Source: Halalkalibacterium halodurans (GTDB taxonomy: Bacteria > Bacillota > Bacilli > Bacillales > Bacillaceae_D). Taken from it: DNA of 32,000 nucleotides. Positions within the stretch are counted from its first letter, which is position 1, and the number at the start of each line of letters is the position of its first letter. The stretch lies in assembly GCF_004376175.1 (NCBI RefSeq), contig NZ_SNUY01000022.1:23354-55353 (forward strand), given 5' to 3'. The translations under genes were made by a program, and so were the position numbers. The notes under the pieces were generated by a model. That model did not search any database. It was not told where the DNA came from and saw only the letters and a program-made list of their open reading frames with translations. Positions 18,964-27,561 of the stretch are shown piece after piece.

Positions 18964-19914
18964 ATGGCAACGATAGAAGCATGTGACTTTTTTCCATATA
19001 CCGTACTTTCTCGCAGTCAGTGGAAGTCGTTACGAAAAGCTTCAAGCCTTCCGATTAATGAGCAGGAACTAGAGCAGTTGGTTGGTTTAAATGAACCTAT
19101 TACCTTAAACGAAGTAGCAGATATTTACGTTCCCCTTGCTGAGCTATTACACGTTCATGCAACCGCTTACCAACGGTTACAGCAGCAGAAGAGAGGTTTT
19201 TTTCACCATGGGAAAAATCGCTCCCCGTTCATTATCGGACTTGCAGGGAGTGTAGCCGTCGGCAAAAGCACGACTGCAAGACTCCTACAAAAACTACTTA
19301 AAGCTTGGCCAGAACATCATCATGTTGATCTTGTGACAACTGATGGGTTTCTTTATCCGAACGAAACGCTAGAGGCTCGAGGATTAATGGACAAAAAAGG
19401 GTTTCCTGAAAGCTATGACCTACCCGCTCTCATTCGTTTTTTATCCGATGTAAAGGCTGGTGAACCATACGTAAAAGCACCTGTTTATTCCCATTTAACA
19501 TACAATATTGTGGAGGGGGACTATCAAGTCGTTCATGAGCCTGATATTGTCATTGTTGAAGGAATTAACGTGTTACAAGTCAACAAGAGAAACCATCATA
19601 TACCGAATGTGTTCGTTTCTGACTTTTTTGATTTCTCGATTTATGTCGATGCTAAGGAGGAGCAAATTCTCCAATGGTACATCGAACGCTTTAAGCTATT
19701 GCAAAACACCGCCTTTCAGGATCCGAACTCTTATTTCCATCGCTTTCGCCATTTATCTGAAGTCGAGGCAGAGCAATTTGCCACCTCTATTTGGAAAAAC
19801 ATCAACGGTGTAAATTTACATGAAAACATTTTACCGACGAAGCATCGAGCGGATTTAGTGCTGCAAAAAGGCCTCCATCATTTCGTTGATGAAGTGAAAT
19901 TACGAAACATCTAA
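18964..19914 (+). CDS. coaA: Type I pantothenate kinase
   Basis: It has the P-loop [18 protein letters not shown] and the motifs TTDGFLYPN and GFPESYD, collinear with E. coli CoaA. AAAGGAG lies upstream of the ATG at 18964. Confidence 0.93.
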   Translation: MATIEACDFFPYTVLSRSQWKSLRKASSLPINEQELEQLVGLNEPITLNEVADIYVPLAELLHVHATAYQRLQQQKRGFFHHGKNRSPFIIGLAGSVAVGKSTTARLLQKLLKAWPEHHHVDLVTTDGFLYPNETLEARGLMDKKGFPESYDLPALIRFLSDVKAGEPYVKAPVYSHLTYNIVEGDYQVVHEPDIVIVEGINVLQVNKRNHHIPNVFVSDFFDFSIYVDAKEEQILQWYIERFKLLQNTAFQDPNSYFHRFRHLSEVEAEQFATSIWKNINGVNLHENILPTKHRADLVLQKGLHHFVDEVKLRNI

Positions 19915-19938
19915 TGATCACAATAGAGGAGGAGACGG

Positions 19939-20136
19939 ATGAAGGTAGAGCTAAACGGTGTGTCCCTCTCATTATTTCAGGGTGCGAAGGTAAAACATGC
20001 CTTGCTCGCATACGATGAGGAAGTGTATCGCCAAGTTGTTGAGGAAAAGGCAGTCGTCGTCGACCCGTTCGGAAACGAAGTCGAGCTAAGTGGAGCCTTA
20101 GATCCCAGTTTTTCTTATACAGTTAAGGATCGATAG
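19939..20136 (+). CDS. Hypothetical 65-aa protein co-transcribed with coaA
   Basis: A strong RBS (GAGGAGGAG) lies 24 nt after the coaA stop. The N-terminus MKVELNGVSLSL..GAKV loosely recalls ThiS/MoaD-type beta-grasp proteins, but there is no C-terminal Gly-Gly. Confidence 0.55.
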   Translation: MKVELNGVSLSLFQGAKVKHALLAYDEEVYRQVVEEKAVVVDPFGNEVELSGALDPSFSYTVKDR

Positions 20137-20145
20137 GCAAATAGG

Positions 20146-20207
20146 GAGAGGATGTCTCAAAAAGGCTGCTGTGGGCAGACCGAATGATGAGACATCCTCT
20201 CTTTTTT
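20146..20207 (+). terminator. Terminator of the coaA operon
   Basis: 13-bp stem GAGAGGATGTCTC (20146-20158) / GAGACATCCTCTC (20189-20201), followed by T6. Confidence 0.85.
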
Positions 20208-20359
20208 GACTCTACCAAATGTTGAATATTAAACGGCTTTTTTAGGACTGAATGCTAGAATAGAGATTTAACGAGTTGATGACAATGGGTACTTTTCGCT
20301 GAATGATTTTTCGTCTATAAATAAAGTAGGAAGAGCCGAATTTGAGAAGGATTGGTACG

Positions 20360-20397
20360 AAAAAAGATACAATCGCTGGTGAACGGGGGTTCACCAG
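20360..20397 (-). terminator. Probable terminator of the carboxypeptidase gene
   Basis: Stem CTGGTGAAC (20376-20384) / GTTCACCAG (20389-20397). The T-run on the minus strand lies about 10 nt beyond the stem. Confidence 0.5.
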
Positions 20398-20406
20398 TGA
20401 TTCGTT

Positions 20407-21594
20407 TTAAGTGCTTTTAGCAAAAGCCCCTTCTTCCTCTGCCGGTGAAATCCACTCTATGAGTGAGGCCCACCAGCGAGCAAAAATGTTTCCTTTCCCT
20501 TCTTTCTCAGTGGAAACTGGCTCTTGGCTTGCAACCAACATATCGTCTTCAGGTACTAAAAACTTTAAATGCTTTTCTGCGACAGGTTCTCCGTTATGGT
20601 TAGTTACCGTTAAAACCCCGCCCTCTTCCAAAGAGATACCAAATAGCTCATCTTCCGGGATACTGAAGTAGAAATCCTTTGCTAGTTCATATTCCTTTCC
20701 ATCTGAATCTACAAATCGTTCTCCCGCTTTAATCTTCTCCGTCTTGAAATGTTCAAATCCATAATCAAGCAACGTCATCGTATCATTGTAGGAAAAGCTA
20801 GCACCTGGCGCGTTTAACGTGACGGCAATTAACTGTTGATCATCTCGTTCCGCAGTCGTTACAAGAGTGTAACCAGATTGTGACACATATCCATTTTTAA
20901 CACCCGTAGTTCCAGGGTAATCCCATAAAAGGCGGTGATGATTGTAGATCGTCGTCTCCCATCCTTCACCGATCCATTCCAACTCTTTTGTTGAAGCGAC
21001 GTCTCGAAATTTTTCGTTTTCCATCGCATACTTTGTGATCATAGCCATATCATAGGCTGTCGTATAATGCTCCTTATCAAACAGGCCATGTGGGTTTGTA
21101 AAATGAGTGTTCTCAACCCCGATCTTTACTTGGACGAAACGATTCATACGTTCAGCAAAAGCCTCCTCATTTCCGTCAAAATGCTCAGCAATTGCCGTAC
21201 CTGCATCATTCCCAGAATTGATCATTAAACCTTGAACGAGCTTTCGCAACGTCACTTCTTCACCTTCGACTAGATATACCCGGGTTCCGATGACCTCCGT
21301 AGCTGTTTTACTAACCGTGACGATGTCATCTAAATCCCCTTCTTCAATTGCAATCAAAGCTGTAATAATTTTCGTAATGCTAGCAGGGTACATTTTTTTA
21401 TCTCCGTGTTCACTATATAACACTTGTCCCGAGAGCTGGTCCATCAGAAGCACCGATTCACTATTTAGATGAAAATGAGCATCGTTTAATGTTTCACCTT
21501 CTGAAACAAAAGCAGAAGCATTCGTTTGAACAGAAAATTGAAGGGAAACAAAAAATAAAAATAATAGAATAGATACACGGAATAAATGCCTCAT
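20407..21594 (-). CDS. Secreted D-alanyl-D-alanine carboxypeptidase (PBP5/S11 family)
   Basis: It has a signal peptide (MRHLFRVSILLFLFFVSLQFSVQTNASA) and the motifs SITK (SxxK), SGN and KNG (a KTG-like motif). AAGGAG lies 7 nt upstream of the ATG at 21594. Confidence 0.9.
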   Translation of the reverse strand: MRHLFRVSILLFLFFVSLQFSVQTNASAFVSEGETLNDAHFHLNSESVLLMDQLSGQVLYSEHGDKKMYPASITKIITALIAIEEGDLDDIVTVSKTATEVIGTRVYLVEGEEVTLRKLVQGLMINSGNDAGTAIAEHFDGNEEAFAERMNRFVQVKIGVENTHFTNPHGLFDKEHYTTAYDMAMITKYAMENEKFRDVASTKELEWIGEGWETTIYNHHRLLWDYPGTTGVKNGYVSQSGYTLVTTAERDDQQLIAVTLNAPGASFSYNDTMTLLDYGFEHFKTEKIKAGERFVDSDGKEYELAKDFYFSIPEDELFGISLEEGGVLTVTNHNGEPVAEKHLKFLVPEDDMLVASQEPVSTEKEGKGNIFARWWASLIEWISPAEEEGAFAKST

Positions 21595-21957
21595 AATGAA
21601 TCTCCTTTTTTTACACAAACAATTAAAAAGCACAAAGTGCCCGCTTAAAACCGTATGTAATGGTTCGGAGCAATGGAGATATAGAAATCACGATGAGCTT
21701 GCAAACCGATGTAAATTGTAGGAAGCTCTCGTGATTCATCTCATTTTGGTGCTTTTCACTAGACATCTTTGTTTATATTTTCCTTACTTGTAGAAAAGTT
21801 CAGCTTTACCGCTAAGTCTTAGGGCGGAAGTTAAGTTATTTTATCCTTTAATCATTTATAGAGAGTAAGTTTTTTAAAGTAAAATATAATATCGTACTAA
21901 TGATATCAGTAAAAGGTTACAGTTCTTTTGCATATATGTAACATTTTGATGGTAAAT

Positions 21958-22000
21958 TAGTATGAAAAAAACTCCCTTAAAGGGAGTTTTTTCATACTAA
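21958..22000. terminator. Bidirectional terminator after the CAP-domain gene
   Basis: Near-perfect palindrome AGTATGAAAAAAACTCCC TTAAA GGGAGTTTTTTCATACT. Confidence 0.8.
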
Positions 22001-22005
22001 TTCTA

Positions 22006-22779
22006 TTAACCTTTGAACATTTGAACGAACATTTTACCGTAAGGACCACCTTCGACAACACCGACACCAATTTCAGTGTAGTTCGGGCTTAAGATGTTTG
22101 CGCGGTGACCTTGAGAATTCATAAGCGCTTGATGGGCAGCCTCAACCGTTTGGTTCCCTGCAAGGTTCTCACCCGCTGTACGGAATTCAATACCGAACTG
22201 ACGCATCATGTCAAATGGTGAACCGTACGTTGGAGAGTTATGATCGAAGTAGTTGTTATCGATCATATCTTGCGCCTTCACACGAGCAACCTTTGTAATT
22301 TCAAGATTTGCTTTCAATGGCTGCAATCCGTTCTTTTGGCGCTCTTCATTCACTAAATCAATCATCCGCTGTTCATCTTGAGTTAACCCTTGGGTACGCT
22401 CAGTCGATGTTTCAGGGGCAGATGTTTGAGGTGTACGATTTTCAACTGGTTGAGCTTCCTGTTGTGGTACGTCAACTGTTGGCTGTTCCTGTTGCTCTGG
22501 TTGCTCAGATTGTTCTGGAGCTGGAGCTTGTCCTTGCTTAGGCACTTGGAATTGATCAAGGTTGATTTGATCTAAATTCAAGTCTTCCACATTGATGTTA
22601 TAGCGCTCTGCAATCTCTTTTAAAATATTGTTGAGATCTTCTACGCTATTTCCTTGATATTGGATAACCTTTGAATCTATATGGAATGGTAACTGATCTT
22701 TTCCTGCCGCGTCTGCCTGTCCTGAAAAACCTACAAAAGCTGCTCCTACTAATAAAGTAGTGGCTAGAAGTTTCTTCAT
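22006..22779 (-). CDS. Secreted CAP/SCP (PR-1-like, YkwD-type) domain protein with a Q/E/P-rich linker
   Basis: It has a signal peptide ending in ADA. The C-terminal domain reads YFDHNSPTYGSPFDMM...GENLA...HQALMNSQGHRANIL...EIGVGV. RBS AGGAGG precedes the start. Confidence 0.85.
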   Translation of the reverse strand: MKKLLATTLLVGAAFVGFSGQADAAGKDQLPFHIDSKVIQYQGNSVEDLNNILKEIAERYNINVEDLNLDQINLDQFQVPKQGQAPAPEQSEQPEQQEQPTVDVPQQEAQPVENRTPQTSAPETSTERTQGLTQDEQRMIDLVNEERQKNGLQPLKANLEITKVARVKAQDMIDNNYFDHNSPTYGSPFDMMRQFGIEFRTAGENLAGNQTVEAAHQALMNSQGHRANILSPNYTEIGVGVVEGGPYGKMFVQMFKG

Positions 22780-23142
22780 ATTTTGTACCTCCTAGATTTT
22801 TTTGTTGCTTTGTTCGTTTGAACAGTTAACATGCTAGCATAGGTGCACGCCTTTTCAACATGGTAATTATTTCATCAATCCTCCCATACTCTCACCTCAT
22901 TTGCTTCGAAACCTTGCGATGACAAGGATCATTCTAATTTTCCGATCGTTCAGATTCTTCTTTTTCTATAGATTTTTTAGGTTTCCCCACATTTCGTTAC
23001 AAACTTGTAAAATAGGCTGCTTAGTTAAGTAATGTCAAGGGTTCCGGCCAATCTTATTTCGTTTTGGAAAAATTTAGACCGCGCTTTTCTAGTATCATTT
23101 TGATAGATTGTTAGTATCGCAAGAGGAGGTACAAACGATATT

Positions 23143-23730
23143 ATGATGAAATTTGTATTGTTATTCAGTTGTATCATTTTGTCTTTCACGCTTTTTACCA
23201 ATAAAGCAGAAGCAAGTCATTCTAAACACCAAGTTCAATCTGGAGATACTCTCTATTTATTAAGTGAGCAATACGGCGTCCCTATGGAAGCTATTAAACG
23301 TATTAACGAACGTTCTTCCAATACTATTTATCGTGGAGAACAGCTAACAATCCCTGCACGGGTAACAGCTTCTGAACGAGACTTACTTGCACGTCTCGTA
23401 CATGCCGAAGCAGAAGGAGAACCTTATGCCGGAAAAGTTGCTGTTGCTGTTGTCGTCTTAAATCGGGTCGACCACCCATCATTTCCCGATAATGTGACAG
23501 ATGTTATCAACGAAGTCAACAGTGGATACTATGCGTTCTCTCCCGTACAAAATGGACGTATTCAACGCCCAGCCAATGATGAGGCCAAACGAGCAGTTGA
23601 TGAAGCCCTTCAATTCCGTGGGCAAGGGAATGGCTCTCTCTATTTCTATAACCCAAAAACAGCCACAAGCCCTTACGTTTCAACACGTCAACAAACGATC
23701 GTGATCGGAAATCACATCTTTGCAAAATAA
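23143..23730 (+). CDS. Secreted LysM-domain cell-wall hydrolase of the SleB/CwlJ (Hydrolase_2) family
   Basis: It has a signal peptide, a LysM repeat (HQVQSGDTLYLLSEQYGVPMEAIKRIN...LTIP) and the catalytic region LLARLVHAEAEGEPYAGKVAVAVVVLNRV. Confidence 0.85.
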   Translation: MMKFVLLFSCIILSFTLFTNKAEASHSKHQVQSGDTLYLLSEQYGVPMEAIKRINERSSNTIYRGEQLTIPARVTASERDLLARLVHAEAEGEPYAGKVAVAVVVLNRVDHPSFPDNVTDVINEVNSGYYAFSPVQNGRIQRPANDEAKRAVDEALQFRGQGNGSLYFYNPKTATSPYVSTRQQTIVIGNHIFAK

Positions 23731-23746
23731 CAAACGACTGAGTATA

Positions 23747-23788
23747 AAGTGACTGACCGTCCCATGAGGCGTGTGAGTCACTTTTTTC
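23747..23788 (+). terminator. Terminator after the hydrolase gene
   Basis: Stem AAGTGACT (23747-23754) / AGTCACTT (23776-23783), running into a T-run. Confidence 0.75.
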
Positions 23789-24365
23789 TGTTCTTTGGCT
23801 ACATTTCTTGATAAATTGAAAGTAGGGAAAGTGTTTCTCATTTCCAAGGGGAGGTGAATCTATGAGGAGAATTAGCCGCACTTCCTCAACACGGACAGGT
23901 TACCGAGCAACCTATGTCAATCCATTGGGAACATCAGATAGTGTAAGAAAAGTGGAACCGCCTCCACCAATAGAGCGAACGGCGAATGAAACAGCGAAAC
24001 CATCTAACAATTTTGTCCTCTCCTACGAACGATATAAGCAATATTTAAAAGAGCTAAAGCAAGTGTTTAAATCGTTTTATTTTCATGAAAAAGAGCTTTA
24101 TCACACGCTACAAGCCATTGGGACAAATAAAGAAGAGCTCATCTCTCAAACGTGTACATTAATCTGTAAGTACAATGAGACGTTGAAAAGTATTCGTAAA
24201 CTTGATCAACTTTTTCAAACATCTTACATGGATGACATCCAAGCATTGCATATACAACATCAAAAGGAGTTGGAGGCTCTCGGCCTGCTTCTAAACGACA
24301 ACGGCACCCTTACACTTAACATTGATGTTTTTCGTTGTCAGTTATCCACATCAGACCAAGATACT

Positions 24366-24374
24366 ATGGCAGTA
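24366..24374. repeat. 9-bp target-site duplication ATGGCAGTA, copy 1
   Basis: It is identical to 25947-25955 and abuts the IS inverted repeat. Confidence 0.85.
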
Positions 24375-25946
24375 CACTAGCGTTGCACAAAAAAGTGAAG
24401 ACAAAGTCAAGGGTACAGAAATGGAATATTATTGATAATTATTACATTTTATAACTTTACGAAATATTCAGTTTTATTTTTTTCTTGGTAATCAAGTCAA
24501 AAGGATAAGGGGGGTCTGTTTGAAGGTAGTCCTTATCCAATTTTTTACAAATTAGTAGATAGGGTCATAACTTAGGTCGTTTAAATGTTGGGTATCACCA
24601 TCTTCAAATTGTGCTAAGGTTTCGTTGAAAATCCGGTCATGATCAAGTCGCCTTCGACCCTTTGATGATCGCTTGGGCTTTTTAAATAGCTCCTTTAGAA
24701 AAACAGAGAAGCTTCTCCACCAATATTCTTTTATAAACTCAAGCATCTCAAGGAGAGTTCCTTGATAACGCACTTTCTTCTTCATTAATAAAGTTAAACA
24801 GAAAGTAATCATGGCGATATAGACTTGGTTGTAAACGGCATTGGCGCTCTTTCCATAACATTTTTTCAGAACCATATGCTGCTTCATCCATTTGAAGAAC
24901 AACTCGATTTGCCAGCGGCTTCGATAAAGATCACTGATTTCCTCTGCGCTCATCTTTGCATCATTTATGATAATCGAGATCTTGTTTCCTTGACTGTCCA
25001 GCGTTTCAATCAATCGTAGAGGGTATTTCATTTTTCCTAGCTTGACCACCGCCTCACGAAGAATATCGGAAGATGGGTCCACAGGCAGTTCTTCAATAAC
25101 CTTGATGACCGTGTTATCTTTTATTCGAGTACAAAACCGAACGTTATTTTTACAGTAATCGTCAAACTTATCGAAATCGAAATATCCCCGATCAAATACG
25201 TGAAGGGCATCCTTTTCGATGACCATCAAGGCATCCAGTTGTGTGGAATCTGCCCGCCTGGCAGGGGTGATGATGATCTTATCCGGGGAAATCTCCCCTT
25301 CATGAATAACGACACGGGTATGTATTTTCACTCCCGCTTTTGTATTTCGGAAATGAGCCCATCGATACTGGCTAAGACAAAAAGAGATGGTAGTAGAATC
25401 AATGAGATGGATTTTGCCTAATAAAGCATTTCCCTTTTCCTTCCCGAATTCCCGGTGGATCTGTTGGACTAAATGATGAAGGATGGATTCAAAAATCTCT
25501 GGTGGCAAATCAGAAAGTTTACGGGATAATTGGGATTTACTGATGCTTTTTAATCCAAGTTCTTTTTGTAATTTTTTCTTATGCCGCACTTTAAAACTAA
25601 TTTCCTTTAGACTTGATAACTGTTTCAATTGAGCATAAATAAAGAGTTTGATAAAGGTGAGGCTATCTAGTTTTTTAACATATTTATCCACTTGCATTTG
25701 ATCAATGATTTTAGAAATGACTTTCATGTCTGTCGGTTGAATGTATTCCTTAAAAACCGTTTTTGTGTTATTCTTGTCCATAGGTTTACTCCTTATAATT
25801 AGGATATGGACAGGACTTCGTACCTTCTGTCATCTAATTATAAGGATTTTTTTATGAAGTTGAAGACTAGTATTTACCATAAATTCAATAAAATTGAATT
25901 TAATTACACCTTGACAAATCTTTTTTTATTTAATGCAACGCTAGTG
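24375..25946 (-). mobile_element. IS4-family insertion sequence (1572 bp)
   Basis: The terminal inverted repeats share a perfect 13 bp, CACTAGCGTTGCA (24375-24387, and the reverse complement of 25934-25946). Imperfect similarity extends to about 38 bp (shared AAAAAAG and GTCAAGG). The element is flanked by a 9-bp direct repeat. An internal terminator hairpin GGATAAGG/CCTTATCC (about 24504-24539) follows the transposase stop. Confidence 0.88.
24552..25781 (-). CDS. IS4-family DDE transposase
   Basis: 409 aa. The catalytic regions are IHLIDSTTISF and HVFDRGYFDF. The Y-x2-R-x3-E-x6-K signature is present as YRSRWQIELFFKWMK. Confidence 0.92.
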   Translation of the reverse strand: MDKNNTKTVFKEYIQPTDMKVISKIIDQMQVDKYVKKLDSLTFIKLFIYAQLKQLSSLKEISFKVRHKKKLQKELGLKSISKSQLSRKLSDLPPEIFESILHHLVQQIHREFGKEKGNALLGKIHLIDSTTISFCLSQYRWAHFRNTKAGVKIHTRVVIHEGEISPDKIIITPARRADSTQLDALMVIEKDALHVFDRGYFDFDKFDDYCKNNVRFCTRIKDNTVIKVIEELPVDPSSDILREAVVKLGKMKYPLRLIETLDSQGNKISIIINDAKMSAEEISDLYRSRWQIELFFKWMKQHMVLKKCYGKSANAVYNQVYIAMITFCLTLLMKKKVRYQGTLLEMLEFIKEYWWRSFSVFLKELFKKPKRSSKGRRRLDHDRIFNETLAQFEDGDTQHLNDLSYDPIY

Positions 25947-25955
25947 ATGGCAGTA
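25947..25955. repeat. 9-bp target-site duplication ATGGCAGTA, copy 2
   Basis: It is identical to 24366-24374. Confidence 0.85.
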
Positions 25956-26181
25956 CTAAAACGCTTTAAGTCGTTGCTTTTGAAGCAGTATCATACGATA
26001 AGTCAACTTCAAGTGCCAAATTCGCATCAAATGTCTCCCTATGATCCACCGGGTGAACCGTTAAAAGGCTTCATCATTGAAGAAAAGGGCTAATTTATCA
26101 GTCATAGTGAAGCTATTTTCTTCCCACCCCCGTTTTTTGGTACACTAATAGAAAGAAAATGGAACATAAAGGAGTCCGACA

Positions 26182-27465
26182 ATGAGTGAAGAACATCAAG
26201 AATCTTATCACTCTGACAATCTAATTGATTTAATGAACCACACACTCACAAACGATCATTTGCAATTGTTAAAGAAATTAGGCGAGATGGCCGCTAAATT
26301 AAGAATGAACCTCTTCCTTGTTGGCGGAACCGTTCGTGATATGCTAAGAGGGGTACCTGGTGGAGATTTAGACCTTGTAATAGAAGGGGATGCACTCGCC
26401 TTTAGCCAAAATGTTGCAAATGTCTTAGGTGGCAAGGTCAAGCATCATGAACCATTTGCCACCGCCACTTGGGTTGGAGCTGAAAACTTAAAGCTTGATA
26501 TTGTCTCCGCTCGGGCCGAGTCGTATGCCAAGCCAGCCGCGTTACCCACGATTCGCCATTCTCACATAACCGATGACTTGGCTCGGCGCGATTTTTCCAT
26601 CAATGCAATGGCCATTCATTTACATCCAGCCTCTTACGGCCAACTTGTGGACCCTTTTCACGGCCGTCATGATTTAACGAATGGGCTCATACGGATATTA
26701 CATTCACAGAGCTTTATCGATGATCCAACCCGCTTGTTTCGGGGGGTTCGTTTTGTCAGCCGGTTCAATTACCGATTTGAACAAAAGACAGCTAACCTCG
26801 CTTTAGCCACACAGCCAGCATTAACGAATGCTTTGGCTAACGTATCACCAGAACGGATTGTCCACGAGCTAAAGCTTCTTTGTCACGAGACAGATCCGGT
26901 CAGCTCGTTTTCAAAGCTTGAAGATTTGCATGTTTGGCAAGCATTGCTTGGCCTTACGTTTTCTTCTTCTTCTGCCACCCATCTTTCGCGGTTGCAGGAA
27001 GAACAAAATGGAGAGCCACTTCATTGGTTTCAAGCAATTGCAACGGTTGGATTTCTTGAGGACAACTGGAAGGCTTCACTCGTTCCTTTCGCCATCACAG
27101 CTATGGAGCAGCGGTTCTTACAAAACATTGAGGACATCCAAAAACGGTTAACTAATATGACTCGTTTTTCAACGGACTATTTGCATAAGCAGCTATATCA
27201 AGTGCCTGAGGAGCCGCTTCGCTTTTATGCCCTGTCATCAGGCGAGGAAATGCAAAAGGTACTCGACTTGTATTTGCATCAACGTAAACAGCTCCAACCT
27301 CTTTTGACAGGACATGACTTAATGGAACTAGGGATGAAACCCAGTCCTTTATTTAAAGAGTGCCTATTACTGCATGAATGCGAACAATTAAAAGGGACAA
27401 TCGAAAACAAACAGGATGCACTCCAATTTGCCCGTGAATTTTTTAATCAGAAACAGCGCTTATGA
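26182..27465 (+). CDS. Class II RNA nucleotidyltransferase (CCA-adding / poly(A) polymerase superfamily) without an HD domain
   Basis: Motif A is LVGGTVRDMLRGVPGGDLDLVIEG, motif B is RRDFSINAMA and motif D is DDPTRLFRGVRFVSRF. RBS AAAGGAG precedes the start. Confidence 0.85.
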   Translation: MSEEHQESYHSDNLIDLMNHTLTNDHLQLLKKLGEMAAKLRMNLFLVGGTVRDMLRGVPGGDLDLVIEGDALAFSQNVANVLGGKVKHHEPFATATWVGAENLKLDIVSARAESYAKPAALPTIRHSHITDDLARRDFSINAMAIHLHPASYGQLVDPFHGRHDLTNGLIRILHSQSFIDDPTRLFRGVRFVSRFNYRFEQKTANLALATQPALTNALANVSPERIVHELKLLCHETDPVSSFSKLEDLHVWQALLGLTFSSSSATHLSRLQEEQNGEPLHWFQAIATVGFLEDNWKASLVPFAITAMEQRFLQNIEDIQKRLTNMTRFSTDYLHKQLYQVPEEPLRFYALSSGEEMQKVLDLYLHQRKQLQPLLTGHDLMELGMKPSPLFKECLLLHECEQLKGTIENKQDALQFAREFFNQKQRL

Positions 27466-27472
27466 TACAAAT

Positions 27473-27520
27473 GGAGAAAACCTCGGCTGCTCATCCACTT
27501 CATAAGCCGAGGTTTTCTCC
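27473..27520 (+). terminator. Strong hairpin after the nucleotidyltransferase gene
   Basis: Perfect 16-bp arms GGAGAAAACCTCGGCT (27473-27488) / AGCCGAGGTTTTCTCC (27505-27520). The trailing T-run is weak. Confidence 0.6.
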
Positions 27521-27531
27521 TTCCTAAGAGT

Positions 27532-27556
27532 AAAAAGAGTCGCCTTGAAGGCGACC
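27532..27556 (-). terminator. Terminator of fabF
   Basis: Stem GTCGCC (27539-27544) / GGCGAC (27550-27555), followed by T5 on the minus strand. Confidence 0.75.
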
Positions 27557-27561
27557 CTTTT

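Larger units (their letters stand above)
23862..26093 (+). pseudogene. Hypothetical 216-codon gene interrupted by the IS4-family element (5' part 23862-24374, 3' part 25956-26093)
   Basis: RBS AGGGGAGG lies upstream of the ATG at 23862. Both fragments are in the same frame, and removing the IS plus one duplication copy (1581 bp, a multiple of 3) joins ...SDQDTMAV to LKRFKSLLLKQY... without a stop. Confidence 0.7.

Noticed and set aside
22780-23142. A possible c-di-AMP (ydaO-type) or other riboswitch in the 360-bp divergent region upstream of the LysM hydrolase and the CAP-domain gene.
   Set aside because: I found no ACGGGG / CCGAACCCG-type conserved segments and no pseudo-symmetric architecture. 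Only short 5-bp hairpins are present.
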